Positions 45,212-54,771 of a DNA stretch of 64,000 nt are shown one piece after another (position 1 is the stretch's first letter; each line of letters starts with the position of its first letter). A program made the position numbers and the translations under genes. Source of the DNA: Thecamonas trahens ATCC 50062 (Eukaryota; Protista; Apusomonadida). The DNA lies in the NCBI RefSeq assembly GCF_000142905.1, contig NW_013657647.1, forward strand, positions 1 to 64,000, written 5' to 3'. Below the pieces are notes generated by a model. The model had not been told where the DNA came from. It saw nothing but the letters and a program-made list of their open reading frames with translations, and searched no databases.

Positions 45212-47986
45212 CTAGTCGGAAATGCCAATGAACGAGGTGCCCGAAGTGCCGGTCGTTGCCGGCGAGAGGCTGGTGGGCGTGTTGGGCGTCCGAGACTGCG
45301 ACGACGACGAGTACGTGTAGCTGGATGAGAGCGAAGGAAGCGAGTGTGCTGACGAGCGAGTGCACGTGGAGACAGAGACCGCCTCCTCCTGCTCGTGTGA
45401 CTCGCGCCGCGTGTGGCGGCGGGCGTAGATAGACTCCCCAGGTGCAGGCTCGTCCGAGTCGGTCCCGAGCCCGGCACTCGAGCCGGACGACGACGGCAAG
45501 CAACGAGTGCCAAAGTCGAGCGACGTTGAAAAGGCCTCGGTAACAGCCGAGCTTCCCGCCGCAGGCTTGGGCGTAAACGTAAAGGTCTTGGGCGGAAGCG
45601 CCGTAGTCGGGTTTGATGCCGACAGCGCCGGCGTCGTCGCCGACGTGTGAGTCGATCCGGCGCCGGTCAGACAGTCGTCCGACGACCAGATCGAGGTCGA
45701 GACGCCGCCGGGCGTCGACCGCGCTAGCGACGACGCGCCTGGTGAGAGCGCCCCACTTCCAGGCGTCCGCCGGCTCCGTGCACGTCGCCGTTGCCGTGCC
45801 GCCGGCGACGGCGCAGGCGCAGGCACCACCAGCGCCGGCGCGCTGCCAGAGAGCGAGGCCACCGACGAGCCTCCAGTGAGAGGAGACCTCGCCCGCCGCG
45901 CCGGCGACGTGCGCGACGCCGCAGAGCCGGCGTCGCCGCGGCCACGCCGCGACGCCGCGTGGTCCGCTGGCCGCACATTGCGCGAGCCGCGGCTGGCTCC
46001 ACGCGTATGCGAGTACGACGCGTCGTCGCCCGAGTAGTACTCGTCGTCGTCAGTGTAGCACGACGGCTCGCCCGACGAGACCCCGTCGACAGCAATGTCA
46101 CGGAGCTTGGAAATCGAGCCCTCCTTTCCAGTCGCAGCCTCGGGGTCGTCGCCGGTCGAGCCCGGACCAGCCGATGGCTCGTCGTCGACGATGATCTGTG
46201 AGTCGCCGATCGGCCGCTTGGCGAAGAAAACAAGCGCGCCGAGCATGATGCCCACACCGATCGGAAAGAGAAAGTAGTCGAGCGTGTCGAGGTCCTTGTA
46301 CTCTTCAAAGTACACAATGCCTGAGAGCGCGCCCGAGAGCAGCATGAACGCGTTGTACACCGGAACTGTCACAAGCGGATCGTAGTCCTGCAGCGTCTTG
46401 TTGAGAAACTTGAGCTGTGAGACAGCCGCCACAATCGCTGCAATGATGATGAGGTACGTGACTGGGTGCTGAAAGTCGGTCCCGCCGATGGCTGCAGACT
46501 TGACCAGCTCCACCGCAGACTTGGAAAACAGCGCCGTGAGGCCGGCAATCATGCCCGGCAGCGCCGCAGACGCCAGCCGCCGGAACGGCACATTGCGCCG
46601 CGCAGCAAGGAAGAGAAAGGCGATAAAGACCGCGTCAAGAATGATAAACACAATAAACAGCGCTCGCGTGTACAAGTCAATAAGCTTAGAAATGGTGTAG
46701 TCGTTCGTCCGGTGCGGGCCAAACACCGTCGCAACCGTCACGCCCACCATAGAAATTCCCGTACCGATGTAGTCGAACTTGTCCGGCTCTTCGCGGAGGA
46801 AAAACTTGGAGACAAGCAGGTTCCACAGCAGCGCCAGCGAGCCCACAGATGCTAGCAGCGATTGCGCCGCAAACGCGTACGCCGCAAGATTGAGTGTCGT
46901 GTTGATGAGCGTGATCAGCAGAATGCCCATGATCCAGAATGGTTGCTGTCCACCCACACCCAGCCACCACCGCCACATTTGACGCACACATCACATCCAG
47001 AGGATACCAGGAACCAAACAAGGCCACCGAAAGAAACCGGCAACAAGACAGAGTGTCCACGTCGAGATCGTCAGCCAGCCAGTGATTCGACAAGCAAATC
47101 GCACACCAAGCAGCGGCACCATCCACCGCCCACCAAGCAGGTACCCAGAAGTTGGCCGTGCCATGCCATTCCAGACAGTGATTCCGGCCACAAGGGGTGG
47201 AGGGAAACGGGAGGGTGCAAAGAAGGCGACGAGCCCATCCGGCGACGGGTCAATTCCGTCGGCATGCGGAGCAACGCGGAAGAAGTGGAGGCCGAGAGCC
47301 GAGACGGGGAAAAGGAGGAAAAAACGACAAAGTCACACGCCACAACCACGCACACGGCCGTAGTCGTATACAGCAAGGATGACCGTGTGTGAGAGACGGC
47401 GGAACGTTCAGTATTGACGGTGGGAGTGTGAGTGCAAGCACCTGAACGTTGCAAGGTCGGTTGCGGTCACCAATCCAGGTGGCGGCTGGTCAGCCGGGGA
47501 AGGGCAAGCCCCCACCAACTCGAAGCTAGCTGTCACCCATAGTAACACCAAGTTCATCATGGGCAACAACTCATGCTATACTATGCCCTCTGCTGTTTGC
47601 ATGTTTGATACTGTTCGCATGCTCACGTACGAGGCCTCGCCATGTCGCCGTACAGCCACCAAACGCGACCCCGCGCCCGCGTCGTCGCTGGCCAATGGCC
47701 AATCGGCCCATTTGATTCGATGGGCGGAAAGCGGATAAAAGCAATAATGACAAACGCCCACTTTCGCCGCACTCTGGCGCCACATCACACAACCAAATGA
47801 CGATGGAGAGGACATGGAACAACATACCCTTGTTTGTTTGATACGCCGCTCGACAGGAAGTGACTCATTCTGTCTATGAGCATGCTTGATGAACTGATTG
47901 CCCACAACTCCTGCAAGCTGAGCTCCTGCAGACATGAGAATGCCGACCCACCAGAGCCCGTCCAGAGAGCCCGACGAGTCAGACAT
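45212..47986 (-). CDS. NIPA-family Mg2+ transporter (DMT superfamily); exon 1 47986-47828, intron 47827-46946
   Basis: WWVGILMS..AGVVGNQFIK; PFWIMGI; AAYAFAAQSLLASVGSL; FFLRE; QLKFLNKTLQ..DPLVTVPVY; SGIVYFEEY; long disordered C-terminal tail. Confidence 0.85.
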
Positions 47987-48678
47987 GGTGGGCGTGTGGC
48001 AAGTGAAGTGCTTGTCACAACCGACGCTGGCCGCTAGCCGCCGGCACCAACCTCCCACCTGGGGTGCGAAGCACGTAGAATCAAGTCATCATAGCATAAA
48101 GGCATGTGACTCTGTGCCATCCCACCACATAGCAACGTACATCGAGCTCATCACCGCGGCATGCCTAAGGGTTATTGCCCATTGTGGCAACGACAGCGGT
48201 TAATTTCGCCCCCTCCCCCCCCCCCCCCCCCCGGACTCGACCCACTCGGACAAGCCAGCTGCAGATGCACGATACACTGCTGGCCACGCGGACGCCTATA
48301 GAGGAGCACATTGGCCTCATCTTGGGTCAATGCAAGGTGTTGTTGCTTCTTCTCCTTGCCATATCCAACCCGATCGAGCCGCTGCCGAGTGCTCGCCGCC
48401 GCTCAACCCACAGCCTGCACTCCCGCCACACGCCCCCCCCCCCCCCAGTCTCCGATCATCGCACACGCCACACCAAAGTAATGACCCAAGCCATTGGTTA
48501 CTATATGCAAGACAATGGCAGCATCGGATCATGAAGCGAGGCAGACCGAGACCGATTATCTGCGGCGGCGAGTGGCATGCGCCCGCCCCCCCCCCCTTGG
48601 CCCGCGAGAGACATAATCAATACGACCACGTTGGATTAATGGATCGGACAGCAAGCCACACTCGACTCGAACACCAAC

Positions 48679-49370
48679 ATGCTCCGTGCTGTGGGACGTG
48701 CCCTGCGCGACACTGCGTCTGTACGTCTTCTCCCCTCCCCTCCCTCCTCCCCTTCCCATCACATATACTGCAGAGATGTCTGGAACTGTAACTCCAGCTC
48801 TTAACTCCCTCCCAACCACATTTGGCCTTGCCCGTCGTCGCTGAAGGCAGCCGCGCGCGGTGGCCGCTCCCACCGCATTGCCCTGCCTCCCCCCCTCCCC
48901 CTTCCCCCAAAAAATGGGAGACCATGGCCATAGCCCCACCTCCCCACCAGCTGCTCCTACACCCACACCGTCCCACCTCTTCCCCCATACACCACACATA
49001 CCTTTTGTAGTACCTCCTGCACATACACATGTGGTTTTCTTAGAGAGTATCACATCCCTTCTCCCCTATGCCCGCATCTCAATCTACCTCCCCCCCCCGC
49101 CGGCTGGTGGATGCCCCGTCGCCCGCCGCCCGTCGCTCGCCGCCCGCCAACCCGCTCGCCGCCTACCCACCCCTCCCCACACACACACACACACCCTCCC
49201 CACACACACACACACATACACTCCACTGCCTGCACCAGCCGTATTCTCTGCCTCCTTTCCACCTTGGCAAAGTCTGTTCTGCACCGGTGCCCGAGAGCAC
49301 GGATCATACTCACATATCGGATGCTGTGCTCGTCTTTGGGCGGCTGACATGAATCGTCATCATCGCTGTT

Positions 49371-49403
<33 letters not shown>

Positions 49404-50126
49404 GCCGTCATCGTCATCGTCATCGTCGCCGTCATCGGCCCTCGTCATGGCGTGTAGGCAATGAGCCGGCTCGGTCTCTCGCTCGAGGGTGAGGCTGCTG
49501 TTGTGGACAAGGTCTCCCGCCATCGTCGGATGATGGCTGTTAATGAGGTTGCGCCGACTGCTGGCAACAACTCGTTTGTGGCGCCGTCGGCGGCTGTCAT
49601 CGGCGCGGTGGAGGTCGGCGATGCTGCTTCGGTGTGGTACAATGCCGTCGTCCGCGGTGACGCCGGCAAGGTGACCATCGGCAAGGGCTCGTCCATCGGC
49701 CACAACGCTGTCGTCGGCAACTTTGGCCACTCGGACGCAGACGTCGTCATCGGCGAGTCGGTCGTCGTCGGCCCGGGCGCCGTCGTCAACGCTGCCACTC
49801 TCCACGACGAGTGCGCCATCGGCGCCGGCGCTACCGTCGGTGCCGGCGCCATCGTCGAGACCCACGCCGTCGTCGCCGACGGCGCCACCGTCCCGGCCAA
49901 CGCCGTCGTCCGCAAGGGCGAGTACTGGGAGGGCAACCCCGCGACCATGGCTCGCCAGCTGTCCCAGGCCGAGCGCGCCGCCATCGCCACCTCGGCCAGC
50001 TCGCTGCACGCTGCCACTGCGGCACACCACGCCGAGCACGACAAGACTCCCGCCCAGCGCGAGGAGGAGAAGCTCCGCGCCATGACCGAGGCCGGTGTTG
50101 ACGCCGAGCCCGAGCCGCTCTACTAA
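48679..50126 (+). CDS. Mitochondrial complex I gamma-carbonic-anhydrase-like subunit; exons 48679-48720, 49458-50126
   Basis: Spliced MLRAVGRALRDTAS|AMSRLGLSLEG....SRHR matches the complex-I gamma-CA N-terminal helix. Also FVAPSAAVIGAVEVG, SVWYNAVVRGD, hexapeptide repeats and WEGNPA. Confidence 0.88.
49352..49436. repeat. (CATCGT)n hexamer microsatellite near the 3' end of the gamma-CA intron
   Basis: Degenerate tandem CATCGT/CGCCGT units. Confidence 0.8.
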
Positions 50127-50233
50127 CTCCTGTTGTGTAAACGCAGCAAGACCACACACGCACAGCCTTTGTCGCCCAGCTCATCGCCGAGCAAAGCCCA
50201 GCTCACTCACATATCCCTACGCTGCCACTTCTC

Positions 50234-50848
50234 ATGGCAGCAGCAGACTCGAGCACGCCATATGCCATCCGTCAGCCGCATATAGCCATAGTGGGTCCAC
50301 CGAGGGTGGGCAAGACTTCGCTGCTTGTCTCGTATGCCTACCACCAGTTTCCCGAGCCGAGCCAACTCGCCGAGCTCATCCACGACGAGGTCTACCGCAA
50401 GTCACCCGTCATCGACAACGTCCCCAACTGCATCACCATTCTCGATGCTGTTGATGTTCTCGACCGCGAGTCGAGCATATTCTACTCGCCCGATGTCCAT
50501 GCCCATGGCATCCTCTGTCTCTACGCTGTCGATGATCGCACCTCGTTTGATGCCCTCGACGAGATCATCGCTGCTGTCCGCAGCCATCCCGAGCCGCTCA
50601 TCGATGGCCGGCCGAGAGAAATTGTCATAGTGGCCACCAAGACCGACGTTGACCCTGCTGTAGTCTCGTCCGATGAGGGTCACGCCAAGGCCGCTGCTCT
50701 CCGCGTGCCATTTGTCGAAACGTCGGCCAAGACTCGCCATGGCGTCGACCTCGCCTTTGTCACTCTCATTCGCAGCATCGACGCTGCCAGAGAAGCACAC
50801 GCCGCCGCTTCTCGTCCCCAGCTCCGGCACCGCTGCTCCCTGCTGTAA
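50234..50848 (+). CDS. Divergent Ras-family small GTPase with CaaX box
   Basis: G1 GPPRVGKT, altered G3 ILDAVD, G4 TKTD, G5 ETSAK, C-terminal CSLL. Confidence 0.85.
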   Translation: MAAADSSTPYAIRQPHIAIVGPPRVGKTSLLVSYAYHQFPEPSQLAELIHDEVYRKSPVIDNVPNCITILDAVDVLDRESSIFYSPDVHAHGILCLYAVDDRTSFDALDEIIAAVRSHPEPLIDGRPREIVIVATKTDVDPAVVSSDEGHAKAAALRVPFVETSAKTRHGVDLAFVTLIRSIDAAREAHAAASRPQLRHRCSLL

Positions 50849-51314
50849 CACTTCCTCTCCTCCGCCCGATGGGTACAGGATCCCAGCTTGCTACAAACAA
50901 CCAGCCCCGCGCTCACCGACAAGACACCCGCAACCGATCTCAATGGCATCACACCAAGGCGCGGCCCAACCCCTCCGCATCCTCCAAGTCGATATCACTC
51001 AATACCTTCATATGGCTCTCGATGTTTCCACCCTATCGGCGACCTCCTTGTTCAGCTATCATTCATCGGCCGGTGGCGAGTGACTCGCCAGTGGCGAGTG
51101 GCTCGCCAGCAATGATTCGAACGATTCGTTCGGTGGTTGGTGCCTGTTTGCGGGGAAAGGGCTCCACCACCACAAAGGGGGGGGGGGTGGCGGAGGAAGC
51201 GACGACGAGAACGGGACTCTACTGAGAGCCACCGCTCTCATAGCTGAGAGACTTTACCGTTTACGCTACCCTTTCCTTCCACCAAGTACCAAAGTCACCG
51301 CTTGTTTAGCCATC

Positions 51315-51518
51315 ATGCCGCGCGGAGATGGTCCGTCGGCACCGCCGTCGGCCTTCAAGCGGCAGTTGTCCAACGCAGAGATGAGGCCCATTGCAGTCGC
51401 CTCTGGCCTCCAACCGACTCATCCCCGAGTCCACACCCGCCATACTCGTGTCCGCTCGCATGATGATCGTGAAGACTCGGAGTATTCGTACTCGGGCTCA
51501 TCTTATGAGGACCAGCCT

Positions 51519-51551
<33 letters not shown>

Positions 51552-51896
51552 TCGGCCGAATCGCATCCCTCGCATTCGCCGGATGCTCCGTCGGTCTCAT
51601 CAGACTCTGCATCGCCGGAGGACTCGGCTGAGGCTCGCAGGCCGCTTTCCCCGCACTCGGTGCCTGACTCGGACACGGTGGCTCATCCACCTAGGCCCGT
51701 TTCAGCCAAGGATGGCGCCATGTCCGAGGCAGACATGAACGATGTGCTGACCAATGTCGTCTCGCCGCTGCTCCGCGAGGCGCTCGCTGAGATGGAGGCC
51801 GTCCGCCCGCACAACCCGGTCGCGTGGCTTGCCCACTATCTCCTCGCCCACACAGAGAGCGCTGGTGCGAGCAAAGGGAAGAGCAGTAAGGTTTAG
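51315..51896 (+). CDS. Protein with C-terminal Dpy-30-type dimerisation motif
   Basis: LTNVVSPLLREALAEMEAVRPHNPVAWLAHYLL after a Ser-rich disordered N-terminus. Confidence 0.75.
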
Positions 51897-51924
51897 TTGC
51901 AAGGCGACGGCGCGCAGGTCACGT

Positions 51925-52870
51925 TCAGCGCTGCATCTTGCGGATGAGCGACTCGTAGTCGACCTCGCCGTCCTGCTCGTCGGCCTTCTTCATCAGCATG
52001 TTGAACTCCTCGAGCGAGAACTTGTCGCCGATGTGCATGAGCATCCGCTGGAGCTCGTTCTTGTTGATTGTCCCTGTCCGGTGCGGGTCCGAGACGCGGA
52101 ACACCTCCACAAGCTGCTCAAACGACGGCTCCGGCTCGCGCGGCCGCATGTACACCGCCTTGAACGCCGCATAGTCGAGCGCAGAGTTCTGCGTCGCCAT
52201 CACGTCGTCAAGCTCCTTGACCGTCGGGCTATCCACCGTTGCATCTCGTAAGTAAACGCCTCTTCTCTACCCATTCTCCCATCATGGTCTCTACACCTCA
52301 CAAACTTACTTCTGTCCAAGGCACCGGAGGCAAGTCCCAAGATCCTCGGGCGCGACACGGCCGTTGTTCTTGCGGTCAAAGAGATCAAAGACCTACATAC
52401 GTTCGCACCCAAAACCCACATTGCTCCCAGTGAGTCTCCGCCCAATGCACGCCCGTGACAGGTGCCCACTAAAGCCTCGTTACGGGAGAATTCGAGTGCC
52501 CGCGAAAAACGAGCCTTCCTCCCCCCCCCCTTCTTACCTCCTTGATCTCACGCTCGGAGCGAATGTCAGACTGCGCGCCCACATGCATACATACCCCACC
52601 ACCCTATGTAAGTCCTTCGCCCTAGAAGCCCTCTCCATGCCAGTTGCTCTTCGACGCACACCCCCTCAACGCCGCCGCCTGTTGGCGACCAACGACCGAT
52701 TTCGCCTGAAAGCGAATTCTTTTCGCCAGACCCACCCGCCGGCGACCTCCCCTATCACACGCAACGCCACAGCCCTAACCGCATGCTCCCTCCTCCAGCC
52801 TGTTCCTGCAGTGCAATCGCTTTGCACTAGCGGTTTGTCCTTTCTCCGACTCTGCCTCGCTTCGTACCAT
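51925..52870 (-). CDS. Calmodulin-like / myosin light chain EF-hand protein; exons 52870-52868, 52570-52538, 52392-52310, 52228-51925
   Basis: Spliced M|SDIRSEREIKE|VFDLFDRKNNGRVAPEDLGTCLRCLGQN|PTVKEL...VFRVSDPHRTGTINKNELQRML...DGEVDYESLI; all introns GT-AG and in phase. Confidence 0.85.
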
Positions 52871-52994
52871 GGTTTTGCTACGGCGACGTCAGACGAGTGG
52901 ACGTCCACTCTCGCGAGAGCGACTGCACGGGCGCAAGGCACGCTTGCTCACTCGTCACACCTCCACTCGCACCAAAAGTGCCACGGCCAATCGT

Positions 52995-54703
52995 TTAGCT
53001 GGCATTGGTCATGCTGAGCGCAGCCTCGATGGCGTCGAGCTGTGCGTCGACCTCACTCTCCCACTCGAGCAGCGCCAGCAGTGAGTCCTCCACAATGTGG
53101 AGCTTGCACATCTCAGCCTCGTACTCGTCTGCTGGCTCAGAGCCCAGTGCACGTGCCATGGCTGCTGCATCAGCCGCGGTCATGCACCCATCGACAGCCT
53201 GGCTTCGCAGCCGCTCCATGATTCCGTTGATCCGCCCGCGGGTGTCGAACATCTGCAGCAACGCCGACGCCTTGGCCTCACTCGCGAGCTTTGCTGCCGC
53301 GCGGATCGCACCGTCGACCGCAGTCTGGATGCTTGGCAGCGCGCTCTCCAGCGCGTCGAGCGCCATGCTATCGGTATAAGCCAACACGTCGTGGACCATG
53401 GCCCGTAGTGCCGCCACCGACCGTGGCAACTCGGCGTCGTCGAGCTCGGTGGTCACGCCGAGCGGCTGCATCACCGCAGCCACCACCTCCCGTGGCACAC
53501 GCTGCGACGCCAGCTCACCGGCTCCGAGCGGCGCCAGTGCTCTCCAGATCGGCTCCAGCCGCTGCTGAGTCGTCATTCCTGTCTCTGCGATGATGGCCTC
53601 GACCACAACCTGCAGTGTGCCGGCGCTGAGGAGGTCCGGCGTGTGCCTCATCACCAGCTCTCGCAGCCGCGTCCGGGTCGCCCCGCCGGGTCCGTCCCGA
53701 AACAGCTCGGAGACGCACTCGTCAATCTCTTCCCGTGGCATTTGCGTGAGATGCAGGACCCGTGAGACGTCTTCGCGCGACAGTGGCGCCATGCCACGAC
53801 TCCGCCCGCCCAGCGCCTCGTCAATCAGCTCGGCCGCACGTGCTGCCGTCACCCCGACCTCGCGGCCACCGCGTGCGTCATCCACTGCCGACGTCTCGAA
53901 CATCGTTCTGTTCCTCCGCCCCATGAGGCTTGCCATCATATCAGCCGTCCCGGTCCCGGTCTCGGTCACCGTCCCCGTGCCCGACGACTCAGAGTCGCGA
54001 AACCTAACCCGTCCGTCCGCTGACGCCACCTCGTGCACCGCCTCCAGCTGCCTACTTGCACTCATCCGAGTCTGTCGCGAGCCAAAAGCCCCAGACCCGC
54101 CCACCGAGACATACCCCAGGGACGATCGCCTCCTGGCGTCCCACCTACCCCCTCTCCCCGCCCCCGTCGCAGTCGCTGTCCCCGTCGTCACCGACTCGGA
54201 CTCTGTTCCGTCCTCGGACAGCGATGCGTCATGCCAACCGCCACCGCCCCCTTCCCTTGCCGCCATCACCGATCCCGCCGCCGCCATCGATCCCGCCGCC
54301 ACCGATCCCACCGTCGCCAGCGCATTGTTCGCCTTGCTTCCGCGGACATCGATACCAGCCTCGTCAGCCTCGACTGCCAGGCGCAGAACCCACCACCACC
54401 ACCACCACCACCACCACCGCCGCCGCCGCCACCTTTGCCCTTGCCCTTACCCTTGCCCTTGCCCTTGTCCTTGGACTTAACCCTGCTCTTGCCCTTGGCA
54501 TCGACTCGGACCCACAAGGCCGAGCACACACCCGAATGGGCCTCTACCTCGTCGAGCGCCACACGGTCACCACAGTTGGTACAGAGCATGGTAAAGGCAT
54601 CCCCTCCTCCTTCTCCTTCTCCTTCTCCTCGCCTCCCGCTTCCACTGCTCGTCGCCCTTGCCCTGCCACCCACCTGGGCCTCGCGACCTCCGCTGTTGCC
54701 CAT
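52995..54703 (-). CDS. Hypothetical protein with N-terminal C2HC zinc finger, GK/G-rich linker and helical (EF-hand-like) C-terminus; probable frame break at 54389-54391
   Basis: CTNCGDRVALDEVEAHSGVC. Adding one G joins the 145-aa ORF to the 438-aa ORF (GGVLRLAVEADEAG). Confidence 0.55.
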
Positions 54704-54771
54704 GGCGTCAAGTGCCCCTCCTCCTCCTCCTCGCTCTTGCCCCCCTCACCACCTCCACCCATCGATTGGCT

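Noticed and set aside
51243-51280. GCTGAGA resembling a TPP riboswitch core
   Set aside because: The downstream conserved TPP elements are absent.
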